Below, piece by piece: positions 44,009 to 52,934 of a stretch of DNA of 64,000 nucleotides. Each line of letters opens with the position of its first letter. Positions within the stretch are counted from its first letter, which is position 1. Below the pieces are notes generated by a model, which was given only the letters and a program-made list of their open reading frames with translations, did no database searches and was not told the DNA's origin. Location: contig JAHLMM010000001.1 of the NCBI GenBank assembly GCA_018920365.1, positions 4,449 through 68,448 of the forward strand, given 5' to 3'. Both the position numbers and the translations under genes were made by a program. Source of the stretch: Candidatus Aenigmatarchaeota archaeon. Lineage in GTDB: Archaea; Aenigmatarchaeota; Aenigmatarchaeia; CG10238-14.

Positions 44009-46057
44009 CTATTTTTCATGAATTATTTTGTAGCCAAACAATTTCTGGATTTTTTTTGATCTTTCTTGCTTGTCAACTATTTTTATTGCATCACTATATT
44101 CATTCATCCTTGCTATTTTTTCTTTCAACAATTCTAATTTCTTGGATATCTCATTATCTTTACTATTTAAATTATCTCCTGATTTTGTCTCTTTCAAATC
44201 CTCAGAAATTTTATTATCAAAAACTACACTATCTTTATCTTCTAGATTAATTTGTGGTTTAATTTTATCTGTACTTGTGAGTTTTGGAATATCTTCGTAT
44301 CTAGTTCTCTCTATTATATGGTCTATGATATGAGTATTATCTATCATTATTGGCGGTCTTTCTAAATCTTTTACAACTTGCTCAACAACAACTTTTATTG
44401 GCTCTTTTTCTTTCTTAACAGAAACTTCTACTGTTTTTGGCTCTATAATCTCAAGTTTTGCTCTAAAACCTTGCAACCTAGACAATGTTTTTTCAGGATT
44501 TTTGTAATATTCATTTATTAATGAACTGACTTTCTCGAAATCTTTTATATTATTTTTCAACATCCATTCAAGAATGCTTTTCCTATTTTCTATTTCTTTT
44601 ATTGCCTCTTCAACTGTTATACCTTTGAATTTTGCTATTTTTTCAACAACTAAGCTATTTCCATAAAAAACATACTTATCATTGCTTGGTTCCCACTCAG
44701 CAACTCTATTTGTCACGACTTTCAAACTGTCTGGGTCTATATATTTTATTTCTTCTATTTCTTTTACTCTTCTTGCTGACTTGCCTTTTTCCTTTGCATG
44801 AGACATTATAACAACAACATCCAAACTTTCTACCAATGTTGGTGATAGCTCTATTGGTGGTGTTGTTAACCTCTTGATTACTGTGTCTATGCTGCCTGCA
44901 TGGAATGTTGTTAATGATGGATGACCTGAAGATATGCCTTGAAATAAAACATATGCTTCTTTACCTCTGACTTCACCAACAATAACATAATCAGGGTTTT
45001 GCCTAAAAGAGCTTTTCAACAAATCAAACAATGTTATCTCTCCATATTTTTCGCCTGTAGGCATTGGAATGCCGAAACCTAATCTAGAAACAGCAGGTAT
45101 CCAATGTTCATGTGGTATCTTCAATTCTCGTGTATCTTCTATACTTACTATTTTTGCTTCAGGTGGTATAAACATGCAGATAGAATTAAGGAATGTTGTT
45201 TTTCCTGTTGCAACACCTCCTGCTATTAAAATAGAAGCGCCATTTTCAATCAAATACCAAAAATATGCCATTATATCAGTTGAAGCTGTATTGAATTCTA
45301 TAAGCTCTAAAGGCGAATAAGGCCTTTCTGAAAATTTTCTTATACTAAATGTAGGGCCGCGTGTTGTTACGTCGCCGGCTAAGCTTGCATTTATTCTGCT
45401 TCCATCAGGTAGTGTACCATCCAAAATAGGTTCTGCATAACTTATGTATCTTCCACATCTTTCAGCCAATTTTATAACAAATTCTCTTAGTTCAGAGAGT
45501 TCAGAGAAGGACACATTAGTTTGAATAGAACCATATTTTCTATGAACAACATATATTGGTATACCAACACCATCACAGCCTATATCCTCAATCCATGGAT
45601 CTCTTATCAACGGTTCTATTTTGTTTAAGCCAATAAAATCTCTATAGATATAATACATTATTTTTGAAAATTGTTGTTTTGTTATTGAAATGCCAAGACT
45701 TTCAATTATTTTTATTATCTGAGACTCAAGATATTGTTCAGCCTTGTTTTCATCTTTTATAGCGCTTAATCCAACTTGAATCATATCAACAAGTTCTTCA
45801 GAAATTGTCTTTAACGTCTTTTTTTCTTCTGAAGTTAGCACAGGCTCTTCAACAAGATATATAAGTTGTTCTTTAGTGGAATCCCATTTTATGTGAGCTT
45901 CTGCAAAAGGCATTATAAGATGGTATTTGAAATCAACTTGTGAAATGTGATTTACTTCTGGAAATTTTACAAAACCTGGCTGATGGTTTAAAGAGTAGTT
46001 TGGTGGTTTGTTTAAACTAATCTCTTTTACATTTTGATCAGGCTGGTTTTGAGCCAT
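44009..46057 (-). CDS. type IV pilus/archaellum-type secretion ATPase (FlaI/ArlI/PilB family) with a ~150-aa charged C-terminal extension
   Basis: Walker A 'ILIAGGVATGKTTFLN', 'IVSIEDTRELKIPHEHWI', 'DYVIVGEVRGKEA' and 'TFHAGS'. An extra K/E/D-rich tail follows '..NPEKTLSRL'. Confidence 0.88.
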   Translation of the reverse strand: MAQNQPDQNVKEISLNKPPNYSLNHQPGFVKFPEVNHISQVDFKYHLIMPFAEAHIKWDSTKEQLIYLVEEPVLTSEEKKTLKTISEELVDMIQVGLSAIKDENKAEQYLESQIIKIIESLGISITKQQFSKIMYYIYRDFIGLNKIEPLIRDPWIEDIGCDGVGIPIYVVHRKYGSIQTNVSFSELSELREFVIKLAERCGRYISYAEPILDGTLPDGSRINASLAGDVTTRGPTFSIRKFSERPYSPLELIEFNTASTDIMAYFWYLIENGASILIAGGVATGKTTFLNSICMFIPPEAKIVSIEDTRELKIPHEHWIPAVSRLGFGIPMPTGEKYGEITLFDLLKSSFRQNPDYVIVGEVRGKEAYVLFQGISSGHPSLTTFHAGSIDTVIKRLTTPPIELSPTLVESLDVVVIMSHAKEKGKSARRVKEIEEIKYIDPDSLKVVTNRVAEWEPSNDKYVFYGNSLVVEKIAKFKGITVEEAIKEIENRKSILEWMLKNNIKDFEKVSSLINEYYKNPEKTLSRLQGFRAKLEIIEPKTVEVSVKKEKEPIKVVVEQVVKDLERPPIMIDNTHIIDHIIERTRYEDIPKLTSTDKIKPQINLEDKDSVVFDNKISEDLKETKSGDNLNSKDNEISKKLELLKEKIARMNEYSDAIKIVDKQERSKKIQKLFGYKIIHEK

Positions 46058-46351
46058 CTAAATCTTCATATGTTTTTTTCTTACAGATTTGCCTTTTTTA
46101 ACTACATGATGGAATCTTGCGCAACTAGGGCAGACTCTCATTGAATTTGTATTTAGATGGACTAGCCTCTTGTCTACTTGCTGCAAGATTGTTGGATCAT
46201 TTATTTTAAAGCCTTTTCTAGTTTCAAATGTTTTCCATCTTGGAACTCTCTTGCCGCAAATACCACATGTAATTAAAGCCTCTCTTCCTCTTCTTTTTGT
46301 ATGTAAATACTCTCTTTTATATGGAGCTGTTGATATAGGCAAAGCATTCAC
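46058..46351 (-). CDS. rps26e: 30S ribosomal protein S26e (eS26), probable
   Basis: 'KRRGREALITCGICGKRVPR.K' and 'RVCPSCARFHHVV' follow the eS26 pattern (basic N-terminus, CxxC...CxxC). Its stop codon abuts the ATPase ATG. Confidence 0.55.
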   Translation of the reverse strand: MNALPISTAPYKREYLHTKRRGREALITCGICGKRVPRWKTFETRKGFKINDPTILQQVDKRLVHLNTNSMRVCPSCARFHHVVKKGKSVRKKHMKI

Positions 46352-46391
46352 CTCTTTAATATATTAGCAGCTATATTATTAAGAATAAAGC

Positions 46392-46997
46392 TTATGAAAG
46401 TATTTGTTTTAATGCTGATAAAGATATCGTTGACCATGTTTCTATTTTTTCACCATTTTTTATAAGTTTTTCTATTTCATTTAAGCTCATGAAACTGCCT
46501 GTCTTTAGCTCTTCTGATGCCGGTTTGACGTCTTTTTTTGTTTCAAGCATGTAAAGTATACCAAAATGAACTTGTCCTACTTCGTTTGTATCATCATTTA
46601 TATATCCTATCACTTTTGGCTTCCCTTCTAATCCAATTTCCTCTTTCAATTCTCTTTTCAAGCTATTGATTATTGGATTGCCAGTTTCATCTGTTTTGTC
46701 AATATGACCACCTATGCCCCAAGAAAACATATGTTGCAGCCTCTCATCTGTATGTTCTTTGCTTGACTGAGGACGTTGATAAACAAATATTTTTTTGTTT
46801 TTAACAACAATTGTGTAAGCAATTGGCTGTTTTTTTGAAGGGTCTTTTTCTGCTATGCCCCTTTTAATAAAATAATAATTGTCTAAAATTATTTTTTCAA
46901 AATTGAATTGATTATAGCTGCAGAAACCATTAAAATAGAAATCCTTGAATAATTTTTCCCTGTCAACAACCATTATAAGCTGCTCGTTTTTATCCAT
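46392..46997 (-). CDS. NUDIX hydrolase
   Basis: Nudix box 'GIGGHIDKTDETGNPIINSLKRELKEEIGL' (GX5EX7REUXEEXGU pattern). Confidence 0.75.
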   Translation of the reverse strand: MDKNEQLIMVVDREKLFKDFYFNGFCSYNQFNFEKIILDNYYFIKRGIAEKDPSKKQPIAYTIVVKNKKIFVYQRPQSSKEHTDERLQHMFSWGIGGHIDKTDETGNPIINSLKRELKEEIGLEGKPKVIGYINDDTNEVGQVHFGILYMLETKKDVKPASEELKTGSFMSLNEIEKLIKNGEKIETWSTISLSALKQILS

Positions 46998-47032
46998 TCT
47001 ACTTATATAAGAAAAGGAATAATTTATCTATT

Positions 47033-47314
47033 ATGGTATATTCAGACAATGTTATTACAACAAACAGAAAAGGTGAAAAGGAAATAAGGAATTTGCTTGA
47101 TAAAGGCGTTTTTGTAAAGTATGATTATAGAAATCCTGTTAATTTTCAAAAAATGGAAAATGGTAAATTCAAGCTTATATTGAAAGGTGAAAAGGAAAGA
47201 GAAGAATATTATGTAATTCCTACAAAGAACAAAGACAGGTTTCTGATGCTCAAGACAAAACCGAAAAGAACTTTTGTATGGAATCAATTTTCTGGGAAAG
47301 AAGAAGAGGTTTGA
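47033..47314 (+). CDS. hypothetical protein
   Basis: 93-aa basic ORF; no motif recognised. Confidence 0.4.
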   Translation: MVYSDNVITTNRKGEKEIRNLLDKGVFVKYDYRNPVNFQKMENGKFKLILKGEKEREEYYVIPTKNKDRFLMLKTKPKRTFVWNQFSGKEEEV

Positions 47315-47372
47315 ATATAAATTTAGAAACTGATTTAAATATTAGGTTAAATTATTTCAAAAGGTGTTCTTT

Positions 47373-48863
47373 ATGGCTTTTAAGAATGAAGAGTATAGAA
47401 AACCAGAATTCAAGCAAGTTTCAAATGTAGTTTGGGAAGTGCCAACTAGCTTTAAAAAAGGTATGAAAGTACCTGCTAGAATTTATGCTAAAAAATCTTT
47501 GCTCGATCAGATGGATTTGGAAGTTTTTGATCAAGCGGCAAACGCAGCTATGCTTCCTGGTTTGCTAAAATATTCTTATGTTTTCAGTGACGGCCATTCT
47601 GGATACGGCGTCCCAGTTGGATGGTGCGGTGCTTTTGATTTGAAAGAAGGAATAATTTCACCTGGTGCAATTGGATTTGACCAAAACTGTGGGATGAGAT
47701 TATTGAAAACAAATTTAACATTTGATCAAGTAAAGCCAAAAATTAAAGAATTGACTGATTTGCTTTTCAAAATGGTGCCAGCTGGAGTAGGCGCTACTGC
47801 TTATCAAGAGCCAAAAGAAATAGCAAACATACCAGAAGGTAAATTCAAAGAAATTGTTGAAGAAGGCGTAAAATGGGCATATGAAAATGGATATGCATGG
47901 AAACAGGATCTTGAGAGAATTGAAGAAAATGGAAGTGTTGATTATGCTGATTTTTCAAAAGTAAGCAAAGAAGCATATAAAAGAGGTAAAAGTCAAATCG
48001 GCACTTTGGGTTCTGGCAATCATTATTTGGAAATTCAAGTAATAGAAAGAATTTATGATAAAGAAATTGCTAAAAAATGGGGATTAGGTGAAAACGAAAA
48101 TCAAGTTTGTGTGATGGTTCACTGTGGCAGTAGAGGATTTGGCCATCAAATTTGCACTGACTATTTGTCAATATTCAACAATGCAATGAAAAAATATGGA
48201 ATCAATGTTCTTGACCAGCAATTAGCATGTGCGCCGTTTGAATCGCAAGAGGGTCAAGATTTTCTAGGTGCGATGGGTTGCGGAATAAATTATGCTTTTG
48301 TCAACAGACAGCTTATAATCTATCAAATAAGAAAAGCATTTGAAAAGGTTTTCAACAAATCAGCCGAAGATCTTGGTTTGGAAATAGTTTATGATGTTGC
48401 ACACAATACAGCAAAAGTTGAAGAACATTTTGTTGATGGTAAAAAAAGAAAAGTTGTTGTTCATAGAAAAGGCGCAACAAGATCTTTTGGTCCTGGGAAT
48501 GAAGAGTTGAGCAAAATTTACAAAGAAACTGGTCAGCCTGTTATTGTTGGCGGCAGCATGGAAACAGGAAGCTTTTTGTGTGTTGGTACAAGAAAGGCTG
48601 AAGAAGAAACTTTTGGCACAACATTGCATGGCAGCGGAAGAGTCATGAGCAGAACAAAAGCAAAACATTTATTCAGAGGTGATCAATTGCAAAGAAAAAT
48701 GATGGAGAAGGGAATATATGTAAAAGCAACGACAATGTCTGGTTTAGCTGAAGAGGCTGGCGATGCTTACAAGGATATCAATGAAGTAGTTGATTCGATG
48801 CATCAAGCTGGTATAAGTCTGAAAGTGATAAAGCTAAAACCAATAGCAAACATAAAAGGATGA
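47373..48863 (+). CDS. rtcB: RNA-splicing ligase RtcB
   Basis: 'DGHSGYGVPVG', 'GFDQNCGMRLL', 'LGSGNHYLEIQ', 'HCGSRGFGHQ' and 'HGSGR'. ATG at 47373 is preceded by AAGGTG. The length rules out an intein. Confidence 0.93.
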   Translation: MAFKNEEYRKPEFKQVSNVVWEVPTSFKKGMKVPARIYAKKSLLDQMDLEVFDQAANAAMLPGLLKYSYVFSDGHSGYGVPVGWCGAFDLKEGIISPGAIGFDQNCGMRLLKTNLTFDQVKPKIKELTDLLFKMVPAGVGATAYQEPKEIANIPEGKFKEIVEEGVKWAYENGYAWKQDLERIEENGSVDYADFSKVSKEAYKRGKSQIGTLGSGNHYLEIQVIERIYDKEIAKKWGLGENENQVCVMVHCGSRGFGHQICTDYLSIFNNAMKKYGINVLDQQLACAPFESQEGQDFLGAMGCGINYAFVNRQLIIYQIRKAFEKVFNKSAEDLGLEIVYDVAHNTAKVEEHFVDGKKRKVVVHRKGATRSFGPGNEELSKIYKETGQPVIVGGSMETGSFLCVGTRKAEEETFGTTLHGSGRVMSRTKAKHLFRGDQLQRKMMEKGIYVKATTMSGLAEEAGDAYKDINEVVDSMHQAGISLKVIKLKPIANIKG

Positions 48864-48868
48864 ATTGA

Positions 48869-49300
48869 ATGGCATACAAATTTCTTGATGATGTTTCAAT
48901 TGCTGATGTGGAATTTGAAGCAACAGGAAAGACATTAAAAGAACTGTTTGAATCTGCAGCTCATGCTTTAACAAGTGTTCAAGTAAAAGATTCGAGAAAA
49001 CTATCTAGCAAAGAATTTATTTTAATTGAAAAGGATGCTGATAGCATAGAAATGCTTTTATTCAATTTCCTCTCAGAATTGGTTTTGATAAAAGATGCTG
49101 ATAGAATTTTGTTTTCAAAATTTGATGCGAAAATATTTCCTGAAAATAATAAATGGAAGGTTGTTTGCAAATGCTATGGCGAAAAAATAGATCCGGAAAA
49201 ACATGAATTGCTAGTTGATGTGAAAGCAGTGACAATGCATAAATTCAATATCGAGGAAACAAAGAATGGATGGAAGGCAAGAGTTGTGTTGGATATTTAA
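48869..49300 (+). CDS. archease (RtcB activator)
   Basis: 'YKFLDDVSIADVEFEATGKTLKELFESAA' and 'VKAVTMHKFNIEE', immediately downstream of rtcB. Confidence 0.88.
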   Translation: MAYKFLDDVSIADVEFEATGKTLKELFESAAHALTSVQVKDSRKLSSKEFILIEKDADSIEMLLFNFLSELVLIKDADRILFSKFDAKIFPENNKWKVVCKCYGEKIDPEKHELLVDVKAVTMHKFNIEETKNGWKARVVLDI

Positions 49301-49322
49301 TTAATGCTACACGTATAACATT

Positions 49323-50147
49323 TCAAAATTTGTATCCTAAATCCTCAAAAATATTTTTCATTTTCAAACTATCCAATTCCAAAATAGGAGATTCAGAAAT
49401 TATTGTTATGTTTACCTCTCTTTTCAAAATTTCTCTTGCCAAAGGTTCAAAAGGCGGATTATCTATTGGTGTGTGCACATCAACATACTTTTTAGTTTTT
49501 GCATTAAATTGTACACCTTCAAAATGAGAGTTTATGTGATTTAGCTTTAAAGCTTCTAATTTATCAAAAACTTCGCCATAATCAATTTTGCCGTTGTTTC
49601 TGACAAATATATGCGCCCAATCAACATATGGAATTAATCCTTTCACCTGCTTGCACATTTCTATTATCTCATCAATCGAACCAAACTGGCTTTCTTTTCC
49701 CATTGTTTCTAAACCAAGCTTGACATTTTTTATTCCCATTTGTTTCATTTTATCCAAAATATCGACATAAGCATCTTTTATCATTTCAAAAGTTTTTTCT
49801 TTTGTATTTTTACCATAATATCCAGAATGAATGGCAATTGCATCTGCATCAATAATTTCACCTATTTTTGCACACGACAAAATCATTCTTTTACTATTTT
49901 CAATTATCTGTTTTTTATCGGAGGACAAATTGATGAAATAAGGCGCGTGTATGGATAGTCTGATATTCAACTCTTTAGCTACTTTGGCGATCTCTTTAGC
50001 CGACTTTTCATTTAAATAAATTGATCTGACAAATTCAATTTCTTGACAATTTAACCCAAGCTGGGACAAATATTTTAATGATCCTATAGTTGTTTTATCT
50101 TTTGATGTCGCGCAATTTCCCGCAGGCCCCAAAAATATTTTTGTCAT
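49323..50147 (-). CDS. AP endonuclease family 2 / endonuclease IV-like TIM-barrel protein
   Basis: 'LSIHAPYFINLSS', 'AIAIHSGYYG' and 'VKLGLETMG' are xylose-isomerase-like TIM-barrel motifs. Confidence 0.7.
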   Translation of the reverse strand: MTKIFLGPAGNCATSKDKTTIGSLKYLSQLGLNCQEIEFVRSIYLNEKSAKEIAKVAKELNIRLSIHAPYFINLSSDKKQIIENSKRMILSCAKIGEIIDADAIAIHSGYYGKNTKEKTFEMIKDAYVDILDKMKQMGIKNVKLGLETMGKESQFGSIDEIIEMCKQVKGLIPYVDWAHIFVRNNGKIDYGEVFDKLEALKLNHINSHFEGVQFNAKTKKYVDVHTPIDNPPFEPLAREILKREVNITIISESPILELDSLKMKNIFEDLGYKF

Positions 50148-50198
50148 CTATTATATTTGTTATAAAAAACTAAAATAGTTTGTAGTACAAATTATTTT

Positions 50199-50420
50199 AT
50201 GGATGATGTTATCCGTCAAGCTGAAAGTTACACTGAAAATTATATTCTTAGGCAAATAATGGCGTCAATAAAATGTGGTTGCCCAAATTGTATGAGACTC
50301 GCTGCATCTTATGTAAAACTTTATTATTTTGGATCGTTTGATGACGAAGTTTTCAAATATATTACAAACATTGTAAAAAAAGAACAAGAGCAAAATCATA
50401 AAGCTAAACATAGAATGTAA
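50199..50420 (+). CDS. hypothetical small protein
   Basis: 73-aa ORF containing 'CGCPNC'; no family recognised. Confidence 0.4.
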   Translation: MDDVIRQAESYTENYILRQIMASIKCGCPNCMRLAASYVKLYYFGSFDDEVFKYITNIVKKEQEQNHKAKHRM

Positions 50421-50462
50421 AAACAAAAGATTTTAAAATTTGAATATTCTGATATTTTTAAG

Positions 50463-51971
50463 TTGGTGGTTGAAATAGAAAAATTCTATATAACAACTGC
50501 AATTCCGTATGTGAATGCAGCTCCTCATATAGGTTTTGCTCTAGAACTTATACAAACAGATGTCATAGCAAGGTTCAAAAGACTTGTTGGAAATGATGTT
50601 TTTTTCTTAACCGGAACTGATGAAAATGCACAAAAAAATGCATTAACAGCAGAAAAATTGGGAATAAAAGTAAAAGAACTCGTAGATAAAAATGCAAAAC
50701 TTTTCATTGAATTAACAAAAACATTAGCAATATCAAACGACGATTTTATAAGAACTACAGAAGAAAAGCACAAAAAAGCATCTGAAAAAATTTGGATGAA
50801 ATGTTTTGAAAAAGGTGATATATACAAAAAAACTTATACAGGTTTGTATTGTGTTGGGTGCGAAGCTTTTGTAACAGAAAAAGATTTAGCTGATGGTAAA
50901 TGTCCGGAACATTTAAAAGAACCTGAAAAAGTTTCTGAAGAAAATTATTTTTTTAGATTGTCAAAATATCAGAAAGAATTAGAAAATATAATAAAAAATG
51001 ATGAGATAAAAATAATTCCTGAGACAAGGAAAAATGAAATACTTAATTTTATAAAAGAAGGTTTGTCTGACTTTAGCATTTCTCGACCTGCAGAAAGAGT
51101 AAAACATTGGGGTATACCTGTACCAAATGATAAAAATCAAATAATTTATGTTTGGTTTGATGCATTGATAAATTACATAAGTGCTATAGATTATGAAAAT
51201 GGTGAGAAAAAATTCAAAAAATATTGGCCTGCAGATTTGCATGTTATTGGCAAAGGAATAACAAGATTTCACGCAATATATTGGCCTGCAATGCTTTTGT
51301 CTGCTGAATTACCATTACCAAAGGCTATATTTGTTCACGGTTATGTCACTGTCAATGGTCAAAAAATAAGCAAATCATTAGGCAATGTAGTAGATCCAAA
51401 TGATGTTGTAAAGAAATTTGGCGTCGATCAGTTAAGATATTTTATTATAAGGGACATACCTGTTTTTGATGATGGTGATTTTAATGAAAAGGCTTTAATC
51501 GAAAGAGTTAACAACGAGCTTGTATCAAAATATTCAAATCTGTTTTACAGAATTACTTCATTTATCAAATCTAATTTTAATGGTAAAGTTCCTGAAGGAT
51601 CAAATGACAAAAAATTAAAACTAGTTTTTGAAAAATCAGTTGATAGATATTTAGAATTAATGAATGATTATAAACTTAACGAGGCATTGATGGTTGTATT
51701 AAACTTGACAGATGAATTAAACAAATACTTTCAAGAAAACAAGCCATGGGAAGTCATAAAAACAGATAGAAAAAAATGCAACGATATCGTTTACACATCT
51801 GTTAATATGCTTAAAGTGTTGTCTATATTGTTTTATCCATTTATACCAAATTCAAGTCAAATTGCCATGAAATGTCTTGGCTTAAATTTAGAATGGAAAA
51901 ATATTGAAATTGATTTAAATGCTGGAAGAAATATAGATGCTGTGATGTTGTTCAAAAAAATAAATGAGTGA
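50463..51971 (+). CDS. metG: methionine--tRNA ligase, catalytic (alpha) part
   Basis: TTG start. 'YITTAIPYVNAAPHIGF' (HIGH), zinc knuckle 'CVGCEAF..CPEH', and 'KISKSLGN' (KMSKS). Confidence 0.92.
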   Translation: MVVEIEKFYITTAIPYVNAAPHIGFALELIQTDVIARFKRLVGNDVFFLTGTDENAQKNALTAEKLGIKVKELVDKNAKLFIELTKTLAISNDDFIRTTEEKHKKASEKIWMKCFEKGDIYKKTYTGLYCVGCEAFVTEKDLADGKCPEHLKEPEKVSEENYFFRLSKYQKELENIIKNDEIKIIPETRKNEILNFIKEGLSDFSISRPAERVKHWGIPVPNDKNQIIYVWFDALINYISAIDYENGEKKFKKYWPADLHVIGKGITRFHAIYWPAMLLSAELPLPKAIFVHGYVTVNGQKISKSLGNVVDPNDVVKKFGVDQLRYFIIRDIPVFDDGDFNEKALIERVNNELVSKYSNLFYRITSFIKSNFNGKVPEGSNDKKLKLVFEKSVDRYLELMNDYKLNEALMVVLNLTDELNKYFQENKPWEVIKTDRKKCNDIVYTSVNMLKVLSILFYPFIPNSSQIAMKCLGLNLEWKNIEIDLNAGRNIDAVMLFKKINE

Positions 51972-52296
51972 TCAGATGATAAGCATAGATGAATTCAAAA
52001 AAGTTGAATTAAAAGTGGGTTATGTTGAAGACGTTGAAGAAATAAAAGGCTCTAAAAAGCTTTACAAACTAAAAGTAAATTTTGGTGAAGAAACAAGACA
52101 AATTGTTTCTGGTATAAAAGAACATTACAAAATTGAAGAAATAAAAGGCAAACAATTTGTTTTCGTAACAAATCTTGAGCCAGCAAAATTAATGAGTGAA
52201 ATCTCAGAAGGAATGATACTTGCCGCAGTTGATGATGAGACTTTGTCATTAATTTCGCCAGAAAGAAAAGTAAAAAACGGCACAAAACTAAGCTAG
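51964..52296 (+). CDS. tRNA-binding domain protein (MetRS beta subunit / Trbp111-CsaA-like)
   Basis: 'IDEFKKVELKVGYVEDVEEIKGSKKLYKLKVNFGEETRQIVSGI' is an OB-fold tRNA-binding domain. It overlaps metG by 8 nt. Confidence 0.85.
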   Translation: MSDQMISIDEFKKVELKVGYVEDVEEIKGSKKLYKLKVNFGEETRQIVSGIKEHYKIEEIKGKQFVFVTNLEPAKLMSEISEGMILAAVDDETLSLISPERKVKNGTKLS

Positions 52297-52330
52297 CATA
52301 TAAATAAGTTTATTTCAAATAATTATAGTT

Positions 52331-52894
52331 ATGATATTGAGTGATAAAGACATTATAAAGGCTTTGAATGAAAAAAGGATAAAGATAGAACCTTTGGATA
52401 TAAAAGAACAAGTAAAATCTGTTTGTGTTGATTTAAAGTTAGGTAATGAATTCAAACTTTTTAAGATAAATCACAAATCACATATAGATCCATCTTCTGA
52501 TAATATAGGAAATATAACTGAATCTGTATATGTAAAAGATGGTGAGTATTTCATAATTCACCCAAATGAGTTTGTTCTTGGTGTTACCAAAGAAAGTATT
52601 GAGTTGCCTAAAGATATAGCTGCCAGAATTGATGGTAGATCTAGCTTAGCAAGAATGGGTATAATAGTCCATTCAACCGCTGGAAGGGTTGATCCTGGTT
52701 TTTCTGGAAAGCTCACGTTAGAAATATCCAATATAGGTAGATTGCCTGTATACATATACCCTGGCATGAGGTTTTGCAGCCTTGTTTTTGAGTTAATATC
52801 ATCTCAAGTTGAAAAGGACTATAAAAAAATAGGTAAATATAGCGGCTTTACATCGCCAATGGAAACAAAAATTCAAGAAGAATTTAAAGTATAA
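52331..52894 (+). CDS. dcd: dCTP deaminase (or bifunctional dCTP deaminase/dUTPase)
   Basis: 'MILSDKDIIKALNEKRIKIEP', 'IDGRSSLARMGI' and 'VDPGFSGKLTLEI'. Confidence 0.88.
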   Translation: MILSDKDIIKALNEKRIKIEPLDIKEQVKSVCVDLKLGNEFKLFKINHKSHIDPSSDNIGNITESVYVKDGEYFIIHPNEFVLGVTKESIELPKDIAARIDGRSSLARMGIIVHSTAGRVDPGFSGKLTLEISNIGRLPVYIYPGMRFCSLVFELISSQVEKDYKKIGKYSGFTSPMETKIQEEFKV

Positions 52895-52934
52895 CATTTA
52901 AAAATTATAATTATCAATTAGTAAGGAGATTGAT

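Noticed and set aside
43984-44333. Plus-strand ORFs (88 and 87 aa) opposite the 3' end of the pilus ATPase gene.
   Set aside because: They are the antisense image of the Lys/Glu-rich extension (the Phe/Leu/Ser-rich mirror) and have no independent support.
40784-46057. Interpretation of the secretion ATPase/TadC/pilin cluster as an archaellum (motility) operon.
   Set aside because: No ArlF/G/H/C/D/E/X-like genes are present. The pilins are short (141-182 aa), and the platform protein is split as in many adhesive-pilus loci. It is therefore called a type IV pilus-like locus instead.
36498-48863. Inteins in the usual archaeal host genes (rfcS, rtcB), and also in the primase and the class II aaRS genes elsewhere in the window.
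   Set aside because: All of these ORFs have normal lengths and contiguous catalytic motifs. No Hint or endonuclease blocks were seen.
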